Assembly: GCA_024642565.1 (NCBI GenBank) | Contig: JAHEAV010000004.1 | Coordinates: 30,391-94,390 of the forward strand | Direction: 5' to 3' | DNA from: Erythrobacter sp. | GTDB lineage: Bacteria > Pseudomonadota > Alphaproteobacteria > Sphingomonadales > Sphingomonadaceae | DNA: 64,000 bases | In this document: positions 37,416 through 46,173 of the stretch, piece by piece | How the letters are laid out: each line of letters opens with the position of its first letter | Numbering within the stretch: position 1 is the first letter of the stretch | Notes under the pieces: model-generated | Databases searched by the model: none | Told to the model about the DNA's origin: nothing | The model's input: the letters and a program-made list of their open reading frames with translations, nothing else | Translations under genes and position numbers: made by a program

Positions 37416-38791
37416 TGGCACTCGCCGACAAGAAAATACTCCCAAAGCTTCTGATTGTGGAAGATGACGAAGGTCTGCAGGCCCAGCTCAAATGGGCCTA
37501 TGAGGATTTCGATGTGACCATTGTGGGTGACCGCGAGGCAGCTTTGGCGGCCTTGCGCGCGGTCGAACCGGCGGTGGTTACGCTGGATCTGGGCCTGCCA
37601 CCTGATCCCGATGGAACCACAGAAGGTTTTGCGGTGCTCGACGCCATCATGGCGCTCAAGCCCGATACGAAGGTTATCGTGGCATCGGGGCACGGTGCGC
37701 GCGAAAGCGCACTGCAAGCGATCAATCGCGGCGCTTATGACTTCTACCAAAAGCCGGTCGATATAGAGGCGTTGGGCCTGATCGTTCGCCGGGCATTGAA
37801 TTTGCACGTGATCGAGCAGGAAAATCGTCAACTGGCGGAGCGGGTTGGCGATGACAAGAAAGTTCTGGGGCGGATGATTACCTCTGCGCCCGAGATGGTC
37901 AAGGTTGCGCGCACTATCGAACGCGTGGCCAAGACCAAGGTTTCGGTGATGCTGCTGGGTGCAAGCGGAACCGGGAAGGAATTGCTGGCCAAAGGTCTCC
38001 ACGATGCGAGCGATCGCAGCCATGGCGCCTTTGTTGCAATCAATTGCGCTGCGATCCCGGAAAATCTGCTCGAGAGTGAGTTGTTCGGCCATGAAAAAGG
38101 CGCCTTTACCGGCGCGGTAAAAACCACCGAAGGCAAGATAGAACAGGCCCATGGCGGAACACTGTTTCTCGATGAGGTGGGTGACATTCCGTTGCAACTG
38201 CAAGTCAAATTGCTGCGGTTCCTGCAGGAACGTACAATCGAGCGGATTGGCGGACGCCGGCATATCGAAGTCGATACCCGTATCGTCTGCGCCACGCATC
38301 AGGACCTGGAAGCGATGATTGCTGATGGCCGGTTCCGGGAAGATTTGTTCTACCGCCTGGCCGAAATCGTGGTGAAGATTCCGACCCTTTCCGAACGGCC
38401 CGGTGATGCGACCTTACTGGCGAAAGCGTTCCTGAAACGCTTTGCCAGCGAAATGAACCCGCAGGTCAAAGGCTTTGCGCAAGACGCACTTGCCGCAATC
38501 GATGGGTGGAACTGGCCTGGCAATGTTCGCGAATTGGAGAACCGCGTCAAGCGGGCCGTGATCATGGCAGATAGCAAAATGGTCGGCGCCGTGGATCTCG
38601 ATCTTGATCCCACCAACGGCGAAGACGGGCAGCTGCTCAACCTCAAATCTGCGCGCGAGCTCGCAGATCGCAGGGTCATCCGTCATGCTCTTGCCCGAAG
38701 TGAGGGGAATATTTCCAGCACTGCCAAGATGCTCGGGATCAGCCGGCCGACGCTGTATGATCTGCTCAAGCAATATGACCTTCAGGGCTAA
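37412..38791 (+). CDS. prsR: sigma-54-dependent response regulator PrsR-like (REC-AAA+-Fis HTH)
   Basis: 459 aa. REC domain (LLIVEDD...VTLDLGLPP), AAA+ with GASGTGKE and the sigma-54 contact loop EKGAFTGA, and a C-terminal HTH (NISSTAKMLGISRPTLYDLLK). Confidence 0.9.
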   Translation: MMALADKKILPKLLIVEDDEGLQAQLKWAYEDFDVTIVGDREAALAALRAVEPAVVTLDLGLPPDPDGTTEGFAVLDAIMALKPDTKVIVASGHGARESALQAINRGAYDFYQKPVDIEALGLIVRRALNLHVIEQENRQLAERVGDDKKVLGRMITSAPEMVKVARTIERVAKTKVSVMLLGASGTGKELLAKGLHDASDRSHGAFVAINCAAIPENLLESELFGHEKGAFTGAVKTTEGKIEQAHGGTLFLDEVGDIPLQLQVKLLRFLQERTIERIGGRRHIEVDTRIVCATHQDLEAMIADGRFREDLFYRLAEIVVKIPTLSERPGDATLLAKAFLKRFASEMNPQVKGFAQDALAAIDGWNWPGNVRELENRVKRAVIMADSKMVGAVDLDLDPTNGEDGQLLNLKSARELADRRVIRHALARSEGNISSTAKMLGISRPTLYDLLKQYDLQG

Positions 38792-40559
38792 ACCAAGGTT
38801 CATTCTTATCCTGGCCGGGGCGTTGCTATCGGCCATCGGTGGATGTTCGGCGCCTGAACCCGGGTTGCCGCAAATCGAGCGCGCAAACCAAGCCCTGTTG
38901 GCGGGTGACGGGCTGGGTGCCGAGGTCATTCTGCGCCAAATGCTGTCAGCGGGCGTTCCACTGGATGAACTTGCAGCCTATCTCGGTGAAGCCGAGCTGC
39001 AGCAGGGGCGGACGAAAGAGGCGCGTGAATGGCTGCACAGCAAGCAGTTCTCCAGTGACACACGTGGGCGCGGATTCTGGATGCTGGGACGACTGGAAAT
39101 GGCCGATGGCCATTTGCCTGAGGCCGGGAAGGCGTTCGACGAAGCACTGAAATCGAAACCCGATGATCCCGGACTGTGGGTCGATATTGGAAGGCTTCGC
39201 TATCTTGGTGGCGAGCAGCTTCAGGCGGTGGAGGCCAGCGTGCAGGCCGTCAAATTTGGGCCGACAGACCCATTGGCACTGCAGTTTCGTGCCCAACTGG
39301 TCCGCGACGCCGAAGGTATGTCCGCTGTCTTGCCGCTTTATCGGGATGCGCTCCAATCCAATCCGGACAATTTGGCACTGCTGGGTGATTACGCCGCCGC
39401 GCTTGGTGAACTTGGCTATGCCCGGGAAATGTTGGTTGCGGTGCGCCATATGACCACGATCGACGATCGGAACCCGCGGGCGTATTATCTCCAGGCCGTG
39501 CTGGCTGCGCGCGCGGGTAATTTCGGCCTGGCTCAAGATCTGCTTACCAAGGGCAGCGCTTTCGCACGGAACCTGCCAGCGGCCATTTTGCTGTCCGCAA
39601 TTATCGATATGGAGCTGGGCAATTACGCCAGTTCTTCGCAGACGTTGGACCGGCTGAACCGGATGCAGCCCGACAATGCAAAGGTACGCGTGTTGCTGGC
39701 CCGCTCGCTTGCACTTGGGGGCAACCACCGCGAATTGGTTTACCGTTTTGCCAGCACGGCAAAGGCGGTTGGCGCGGCGCCATATCTCGCAACCTTGGTC
39801 GGTCGTTCTTACGAAGCGCTGGGACAACGCGAAAAAGCCGCACGATTTCTCGATTTCGCGGCGGGCCCGCGCAACGGCAGTTTGACTCCCCTCCCATCAC
39901 CAATACCGCTCGATGTTGCCCAGTTGCATGGCACGCAGACAGGAAGTGACACCGTCGCTCTGGTGCGCGGACTGATAATCGCTGAACAGCCGGATATTGC
40001 CATAAGCGCTGCTGAGATCTTCCGTCACCGTTTACCTGGGTCTGCCGATGCAATGGGGCTTGCCGGGGATGCCTATCTGAATGGTGGCCAGCCAGCGCGG
40101 GCGAACGAGTTGTATCGCCAATCCGCACAAGTCCGCCGCCCCTGGCTGCTCGCACGGCGTATGGTTGCGGCGGAGAAGGCATCCGGTCGCTTTGATGAAG
40201 CTCTGAAGGTTCTGGAAGCCCAATTGGCGAGTGATCCCGCCAATACCGAAGCTGCGACCCTGCTGGCTCAGGCCGCCCTGTCGTCCGGCGATGCGGACAG
40301 CGGTGAAATCTATCTGGATCACGCTTTGGCTAATGGGGCCGGGCGCGATCCGCATGTCCTGGCGATGCGGGCACAAATTGCCCTGCAAGGCGGCAATTCT
40401 GCAGAAGCGCTTGGTTTTGCATCAAAGGCCTATGTACTGCAGCGGATGAATCGTGAAGCGACCCGCGTATTGCTGCAAGTTCTGACCAAACTCGGGAGCG
40501 ATCCCCAGCGCGCGGCGCAGCTTAACCGCAAATTGGCAAAACTACCCACTGGCTCTTAA
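38775..40559 (+). CDS. prsT: TPR-repeat lipoprotein PrsT-like
   Basis: The internal ATG at 38775 gives MTFRAKPRFILILAGALLSAIGGC (lipobox). The remainder is TPR-like repeats throughout. It overlaps the prsR end by 17 nt. Confidence 0.78.
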   Translation: MTFRAKPRFILILAGALLSAIGGCSAPEPGLPQIERANQALLAGDGLGAEVILRQMLSAGVPLDELAAYLGEAELQQGRTKEAREWLHSKQFSSDTRGRGFWMLGRLEMADGHLPEAGKAFDEALKSKPDDPGLWVDIGRLRYLGGEQLQAVEASVQAVKFGPTDPLALQFRAQLVRDAEGMSAVLPLYRDALQSNPDNLALLGDYAAALGELGYAREMLVAVRHMTTIDDRNPRAYYLQAVLAARAGNFGLAQDLLTKGSAFARNLPAAILLSAIIDMELGNYASSSQTLDRLNRMQPDNAKVRVLLARSLALGGNHRELVYRFASTAKAVGAAPYLATLVGRSYEALGQREKAARFLDFAAGPRNGSLTPLPSPIPLDVAQLHGTQTGSDTVALVRGLIIAEQPDIAISAAEIFRHRLPGSADAMGLAGDAYLNGGQPARANELYRQSAQVRRPWLLARRMVAAEKASGRFDEALKVLEAQLASDPANTEAATLLAQAALSSGDADSGEIYLDHALANGAGRDPHVLAMRAQIALQGGNSAEALGFASKAYVLQRMNREATRVLLQVLTKLGSDPQRAAQLNRKLAKLPTGS

Positions 40560-40604
40560 CCCAGAGCGCTCGACAATGGCGCTGGCAATGGGGCAGAGCG
40601 CGTT

Positions 40605-41558
40605 ATGCTTTCGCGGATCGATCCCATGGTCAGGCTGCTGCTGCTGGCAATCGTTCTGGCGAGCCTTGTGCCGGCCACCGGTTCCGGGCGTGCCCTGGCA
40701 CAGGCGATTTCCAATGCAGCCGTGTTCTTACTGTTTTTCCTGAACGGTTTGCGCCTGTCGCGGACCGATGTGTTGCGCGGCCTGGGCAATTGGCGCTTCT
40801 TGCTGGTGATCGCTCTGTGGTCATTTGGCGGGCTTGGACTGGTGGGTATGGGTGCAGCCAAATTGATGGCACCAGCTGTGCCGCCCCTTGTGGCATTGGG
40901 CTTCCTTTATCTGGGTACTTTGCCCTCCACAGTGCAATCGGCGACCGCCTACACGTCAATGGCCGGAGGTAACGTTGCTGCGTCAGTGGTGGCGGCGGCT
41001 TTGCTAAATATTCTCGGCGTGTTCTTGACGGTGCCCCTGTTTTCACTGTTGGGCGGCGGTGCAGAGGCCCAATTGGGGGCAGGCGGGCTGGTCAAAATCG
41101 TGCTGATCCTCGTACTGCCGTTTGTATTGGGCCAAATGCTGCAGAGGCGGGGTGGGCGCTTCGTCCAAGATCACCCGGTATTTATCCGTTGGGCGGACCG
41201 AATTTCGATAGCGATTGCCGTTTATGTCGCCTTTTCCGGTGCCGTTGAGCAAGGCATATGGTCCATGCTGGACGCGCCGGGTTGGGGCTGGCTGCTGCTT
41301 GGCTTGGCCGCAATGCTGATTGTTGCCTACGGCGGCGCCTGGTTACTGGGCGGGGCTATGAAGTTTGGCCGTGGTGACCGGATCGCATTTTTATTCGGTG
41401 GGGCGCATAAAAGCGTGGCCATGGGCGCTCCGCTGGCGTTGGTGCTGTTTCCTGCCAATAGCGCGGGGCTGATTTTGGTCCCGCTGCTTATTTACCACCT
41501 TTTGCAGCTGGTCGTTTCGGCGCCGCTGGCTAATCGGCTGTCGGCGCCTCATTCCTAA
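40605..41558 (+). CDS. bile acid:sodium symporter (BASS) family transporter, YfeH-like
   Basis: 317 aa with about 9-10 TM helices, LFFLNGLRLS and SSVQSATAYTSMAGGNVA-like signature regions. Confidence 0.85.
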   Translation: MLSRIDPMVRLLLLAIVLASLVPATGSGRALAQAISNAAVFLLFFLNGLRLSRTDVLRGLGNWRFLLVIALWSFGGLGLVGMGAAKLMAPAVPPLVALGFLYLGTLPSTVQSATAYTSMAGGNVAASVVAAALLNILGVFLTVPLFSLLGGGAEAQLGAGGLVKIVLILVLPFVLGQMLQRRGGRFVQDHPVFIRWADRISIAIAVYVAFSGAVEQGIWSMLDAPGWGWLLLGLAAMLIVAYGGAWLLGGAMKFGRGDRIAFLFGGAHKSVAMGAPLALVLFPANSAGLILVPLLIYHLLQLVVSAPLANRLSAPHS

Positions 41559-42597
41559 TTTGTGCTTCCTGCCGGTTCTGCCGCATCGACCACCAGAGTG
41601 ACAGGCCGATAAGTGTGGCACCGATCAGGCCAGTCACTGTTTCCGGAATATGAAATCTGGCTGAGGCCAGCATAATTCCGCCCAGCGCAATGATCGCCCA
41701 AAACGCGCCATGTTCGAGAAAGCGGTATTGGGCCAGCGTGCCTTTTTCGACCAGATGGATCGTCATCGACCGCACAAACATTGCCCCGATGGATAGCCCC
41801 AATGCGATGACGATCATGTTGTTGGATAGGGCAAAGGCACCGATAACCCCGTCGAAACTGAAAGATGCATCCAGGACATTGAGATACAGGAATCCGCCCA
41901 AGCCGGATCTTACCAGGACACCAGCGGCTTTTTTGGCCTCTTCCCGCATCTCGAGGATCGTTCCAACAGCCTCAACCGCGATGAAGGTGACCAGACCGAG
42001 AACACCAGCGATGACAAAGGTCAGGGCTTCGTCATCAGGTAACAGGGTCGAGATTCCCCATATCATTAGTAACAGCAGGGCGATTTCAGCGGCTTGCACG
42101 GACGAAATCTTCGTCAGCCGTTCCTCGATTATTCCGATCCAGTGAACGTCTTTTTCGGAATCGAAGAAGAACTTAAGCCCGACCATAGCCAGAAATGCCC
42201 CGCCAAAGCCGGCAATACCCACATGGGCTGAGGAGACGATCGATTCATATTTCGCCGGGTCGTTCAGCGACAGTTGAAGCGCTTCAATGGGCCCCAATCC
42301 AGCGGCGATTGCAACTATGGCAAGCGGGAACACAATCCGCATGCCAAAAACCGCGATTGCCATCCCCCAGGTCAGAAATCGTTGCTGCCAGACGCGGTCC
42401 ATACCTTTCAGCACGGTGGCGTTGACCACGGCATTGTCAAAGCTGAGCGATATTTCCAGCACGGACAGTACCAGAATTATCCACAACATCCCTGCGGTTG
42501 CACCCAGATTGCCGTCAGTGCTGCTCCATCCATACCAGACACCAAGGCCCAGACATATCAGAGTGAAGATGAGAGAGGCGCGGTAATAGTGAAACAC
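41530..42597 (-). CDS. DUF475/TerC-like integral membrane protein
   Basis: 355 aa, with LSFDNAVVNA and DASFSFDGVIGAF motifs typical of DUF475. GTG start. Its 3' end overlaps the convergent BASS gene by 29 nt. Confidence 0.85.
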   Translation of the reverse strand: MFHYYRASLIFTLICLGLGVWYGWSSTDGNLGATAGMLWIILVLSVLEISLSFDNAVVNATVLKGMDRVWQQRFLTWGMAIAVFGMRIVFPLAIVAIAAGLGPIEALQLSLNDPAKYESIVSSAHVGIAGFGGAFLAMVGLKFFFDSEKDVHWIGIIEERLTKISSVQAAEIALLLLMIWGISTLLPDDEALTFVIAGVLGLVTFIAVEAVGTILEMREEAKKAAGVLVRSGLGGFLYLNVLDASFSFDGVIGAFALSNNMIVIALGLSIGAMFVRSMTIHLVEKGTLAQYRFLEHGAFWAIIALGGIMLASARFHIPETVTGLIGATLIGLSLWWSMRQNRQEAQIRNEAPTAD

Positions 42598-42695
42598 GTA
42601 TTGGGGGTTCCCGACTGGTCTTGCCTGAAAGACGGAATGCCATCGCTAGGCCAAGATATTGGCTGCGGCAAACCGTCATGCGATTTCGTTTACGA

Positions 42696-43568
42696 TCAAT
42701 CCTTGGGTTGATACGTCTGGTCTTCACTTGGGAACTGGCGGCTGCGCACTTCTTTGGCATAAGTTGCGGCAGCTTTTTCGATGAATCCGGCAATTTCTTC
42801 ATAGCGTTTGACGAAGCGGGGCACACGTTCAAACATACCGAGCATATCTTCGGTGACCAGCACTTGCCCGTCGCATTGCGCCGACGCGCCGATACCGATG
42901 GTGGGGCAGGCGACCGACCTGGTGACATCAATGGCAATCGGTTCGACCACACCTTCCACCACAATGGCAAAAGCTCCGGCTTCATCGAGGGCCTTTGCAT
43001 CGCGGGTGATCTTGGCCGCTTCGGCATCGCTGCGTCCGCGTGCGGCGTATCCGCCAAGAACATTGACCGCCTGCGGGGTCAGTCCGATATGGCCCATGAC
43101 CGGAATACCGCGCTGGATCAGAAACTCTACTGTTTCGGCCATCGCCTCTCCGCCTTCCAGCTTGACCGCTGCAGCGCCGCTTTGCTTGAGCAGATAGGCA
43201 GCGCTTTCAAAGGCGTGCTGGGGGGATGCTTCATAGGAACCGAAGGGCATGTCCACCACCACTACCGCGTGATAGCTGCCGCGCACCACCGCGGCGGCGT
43301 GATTCGCCATCATGTCCAGTGTAACTGGTATCGTGGAAGGCAGCCCGTAAATTACCTGACCTAGCGAATCACCGACCAGCAAAAGGTCGCAATGTGCATC
43401 GAGCAGTTGCGCCTGCCGCGCGGTATAGGCGGTCAGCATCACCAGAGGTTCCGCAGTCACACCATCCACCTTGCGTGAGCGGATTTTGGGGACCGTCAGC
43501 CGCCGCATAGGCTGCGGCGTGGGGTGAGCGCGGCTGGTCGAAGTATCGAGCTGGAAGGTCGTGGACAT
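42696..43568 (-). CDS. panB: 3-methyl-2-oxobutanoate hydroxymethyltransferase
   Basis: [32 protein letters not shown] and GHIGLTPQ motifs. The internal ATG at 43568 was used (290 aa). Confidence 0.92.
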   Translation of the reverse strand: MSTTFQLDTSTSRAHPTPQPMRRLTVPKIRSRKVDGVTAEPLVMLTAYTARQAQLLDAHCDLLLVGDSLGQVIYGLPSTIPVTLDMMANHAAAVVRGSYHAVVVVDMPFGSYEASPQHAFESAAYLLKQSGAAAVKLEGGEAMAETVEFLIQRGIPVMGHIGLTPQAVNVLGGYAARGRSDAEAAKITRDAKALDEAGAFAIVVEGVVEPIAIDVTRSVACPTIGIGASAQCDGQVLVTEDMLGMFERVPRFVKRYEEIAGFIEKAAATYAKEVRSRQFPSEDQTYQPKD

Positions 43569-43713
43569 GCCAATCCCTGTAGACGTCACAGGAAAGCGGG
43601 GAAAGCCTGTAGATTTCGCCTTGCCTTGCGGCGCAAGCACGTTAGCGTCCCTGCGATCATCGGGGATGACGGCTTCTTCGTTGTCTTGAAATGAAAATAA
43701 GGATCGCTCGAAC

Positions 43714-45291
43714 ATGTTTCTTGACCGTATCAAACCGCTCGATGCCATTCTGGCAACAGCGCAAAAGAAATCACTTCATCGTTCGCTAGGCTGGTTCCAG
43801 TTGATGCTGTTCGGGATCGGCTGTGTGATCGGTACCGGCATCTTCGTGCTTACAGCTGCCGGTGCACAGAAGGCCGGACCCGGTCTGATGCTGGCTTTCG
43901 CCATTGCCGGGGCGGTCTGTATCGTGGCCGCTTTGTGTTACGCTGAAATTGCTTCGATGATCCCGGTGGCTGGTTCAGCCTATACTTACAGTTACGCGAC
44001 GATGGGCGAATTTCTTGCCTGGACCGTGGGCTGGGCGCTGATCATGGAATATGCCATTGCCGCCGCCGCTGTCTCGGTCGGGTGGTCCGGATATTTCAGC
44101 GGAACATTCCTGAATGAATTGTTGGGTGTGCAGTTGCCGCCCTGGCTTGCCGCAGGGCCATTGGCCCTGGGCGGTGCGCCAGGTGGACTGATCAACCTGC
44201 CAGCACTTGTCATCGCGTTGCTTGTTACAGCGCTGCTTGTTGTGGGTACGAGTGAAAGTGCCAAGTTCAATGCTATTCTGGTGGCCATCAAGGTTGCTGC
44301 GCTGACCATATTTGTCGGTCTCACGCTCAGCAGCCCTTCTTTCGATACGGCGAATTTCAATCCGTTCCTTCCTGCCGGCATTTTTGGCGGTTGGGGCACA
44401 GGCGTTGGTGCGGTTGGCGCGGCGGCGACGATCTTCTTCGCCTATGTCGGTTTCGATGCGGTTTCTACCGCGGCGGAAGAAACCAAGAATCCTCAGCGCA
44501 ACGTGCCGATCGGTCTGGTCGGTTCACTGCTGTTCTGCACCGTGTTTTACATACTTGTTGCTGCCGGTGCCGTGGGCACCATTGGCGGTCAACCGATCAT
44601 GGGCCCGGGCGGGGTACCGTTCCCGGCCGGTTCGGAAGAACTTGCGCGGCAATGCGCCATGGCGGAACATGCGCAGGCGCTGGTCTGTTCGAACGAAGCA
44701 CTGGCGCATGTACTGCGGCAGATCGGTTTCTCGGGCGTAGGCAATATGCTCGGTATAGCGGCCTTCCTGGCCTTGCCTTCGGTTATCCTTGTGCTGATCT
44801 TCGGCCAGACACGCATTTTCTTCGTGATGGCGCGTGATGGGCTGCTTCCGGAAAAGCTCAGCACTGTGCATCCCAAGTTCAAGACACCGCATATCGTTAC
44901 GCTGATGACTGGCGGCGTCGTGGCGCTTGGTGCTGCGTTTTTCCCGGTCGGGAAACTGGCGGATATTTCGAACGCAGGGACGCTGTACGCGTTCATGATG
45001 GTGGCGATTGCGGTCCTCATTTTGCGGACGCGTGATCCTGAGCGCAAGCGCGCCTTCCGGGTTCCGGTGGTGTGGGTGGTGGCACCGCTGACAGTTATCG
45101 GCTGCTTGTTCCTGTTCCTGAACCTGCCGATTGATGCGATGCTGTTCCTGCCCGGATGGGGCGTGATCGGGATCGTGATCTACCTGCTTTACAGCCGTCG
45201 CAGCAGCCATTTGGGCCGCGGGATTGTCGAGGTGGTGGACGACGTTGCTGGCGAAGAGACGCAGATTCCGATCCATCCGCCAGGCAATTGA
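43714..45291 (+). CDS. APC-superfamily amino acid permease (cationic amino acid transporter-like)
   Basis: 525 aa with about 12-14 TM helices, an N-terminal [19 protein letters not shown]-type signature and [14 protein letters not shown]. Confidence 0.9.
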   Translation: MFLDRIKPLDAILATAQKKSLHRSLGWFQLMLFGIGCVIGTGIFVLTAAGAQKAGPGLMLAFAIAGAVCIVAALCYAEIASMIPVAGSAYTYSYATMGEFLAWTVGWALIMEYAIAAAAVSVGWSGYFSGTFLNELLGVQLPPWLAAGPLALGGAPGGLINLPALVIALLVTALLVVGTSESAKFNAILVAIKVAALTIFVGLTLSSPSFDTANFNPFLPAGIFGGWGTGVGAVGAAATIFFAYVGFDAVSTAAEETKNPQRNVPIGLVGSLLFCTVFYILVAAGAVGTIGGQPIMGPGGVPFPAGSEELARQCAMAEHAQALVCSNEALAHVLRQIGFSGVGNMLGIAAFLALPSVILVLIFGQTRIFFVMARDGLLPEKLSTVHPKFKTPHIVTLMTGGVVALGAAFFPVGKLADISNAGTLYAFMMVAIAVLILRTRDPERKRAFRVPVVWVVAPLTVIGCLFLFLNLPIDAMLFLPGWGVIGIVIYLLYSRRSSHLGRGIVEVVDDVAGEETQIPIHPPGN

Positions 45292-45316
45292 TCGGTTCTT
45301 CCGAAATGGGAATATC

Positions 45317-45351
45317 AAGGGCCGCTCCTCAGGGGGCGGCCCTTTTCTTTT
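45317..45351 (+). terminator. rho-independent terminator of the permease gene
   Basis: AAGGGCCGC-tcctcagggg-GCGGCCCTT is a GC-rich 9-bp stem, followed by TTCTTTT. Confidence 0.75.
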
Positions 45352-45379
45352 GAGAGACATTGCGAATCACTCCCAAAGA

Positions 45380-45394
45380 GAACATAAGTGGAAC
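45380..45394 (+). promoter_or_regulatory. alphaproteobacterial-type LexA (SOS) box GAAC-N7-GAAC
   Basis: GAACATAAGTGGAAC is an exact match to the direct-repeat GAAC-N7-GAAC (equivalently GTTC-N7-GTTC) operator. It sits 3 nt upstream of the imuA ATG at 45397. Confidence 0.65.
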
Positions 45395-45396
45395 AA

Positions 45397-46173
45397 ATGA
45401 GCTGTTCCCCTATGCAAACACAGACCAACCCCTTGTCCGGACCAATCCCGTCGGCCGTTGCTCCGCGCCCTTCCGCAGGCTGGAAACCGGGGCTGGATGC
45501 GCCCTGCCATAACGAGATATTCGCCAGTGGCCGCGATGGCGGCGGGTCGGGATTGGCACTGGCTCTTGCACTGGATGCGATCCGTTCCGCCGATTGCGGG
45601 CCGCTGGCGGAAGTGGCGGACCAGCGCGCCGTGCTATGGGTACAGGACCGCGCGGCCATCCGGCTTGCCGGGCGGCCCTATCGCCCGGGCCTGCCGGTCG
45701 AACTGCGCCACCGGCTGATTCATGTGGTGGCTGAAAAGCCCGAAGACCTGCTGTTTGCATTGGAAGAAGGGCTGCGCTGCCGTGATCTTGCCTGTGTAAT
45801 CGGAGAGGTTGCCGGCAATCCCAAGACATTCAATTTCACTGTTTCGCGCCGGCTCAGCCTTAATGCGGAAAAGCATGGCGTACCGCTATGGCTGGTGCGG
45901 GTGGATGCGAGGCATGATTTGTCATCTGCACGGATGCGCTGGGATGTGCGTTCTGCCCCGTCACCTGTATCCCGGTGGAACGCTGCCGCCCCCGGCTTGC
46001 CCAGTTGGAATGCCGAACTGTTTCGCGCCCGTGCGCATCCCCCCGGTCAATGGATACTGCGTGATGACGGATACTCGCTCGTCGCCGCCCGATCGATCGC
46101 CAATGATGTCGCGCCGGATCATGTCGATCTGGCTCGCCCGACTGTCGGTCGATCGTTGGCGGCTCTGCAATAA
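45397..46173 (+). CDS. imuA: ImuA (SOS-induced mutagenesis protein, RecA/SulA-like)
   Basis: VLWVQDR...HVVAEKPEDLLFALEEGLRCRDLACVIGEV...EKHGVPLWLVR...ARMRWDV pattern typical of ImuA. It is the first gene of the imuA-imuB-dnaE2 cassette. The start could be 45388 (GTG), 45397 or 45412. Confidence 0.8.
   Translation: MSCSPMQTQTNPLSGPIPSAVAPRPSAGWKPGLDAPCHNEIFASGRDGGGSGLALALALDAIRSADCGPLAEVADQRAVLWVQDRAAIRLAGRPYRPGLPVELRHRLIHVVAEKPEDLLFALEEGLRCRDLACVIGEVAGNPKTFNFTVSRRLSLNAEKHGVPLWLVRVDARHDLSSARMRWDVRSAPSPVSRWNAAAPGLPSWNAELFRARAHPPGQWILRDDGYSLVAARSIANDVAPDHVDLARPTVGRSLAALQ

Noticed and set aside
42598-42695. Looked for a yybP-ykoY (Mn) riboswitch upstream of the TerC-like DUF475 gene.
   Set aside because: The 98-nt panB-DUF475 gap lacks the conserved GGGGAGUAG and paired-helix signature. 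It looks like a plain intergenic spacer within a co-directional gene pair.
45809-46102. 98-codon upstream extension of the imuB ORF, and comparable extensions for tkt (19848), efp (26736), panB (43748), recJ (62024), prsT (38604) and bkdB (15984).
   Set aside because: The extensions overlap the preceding gene or lack similarity to the family N-termini. Internal ATGs reproduce the canonical N-terminal sequences.
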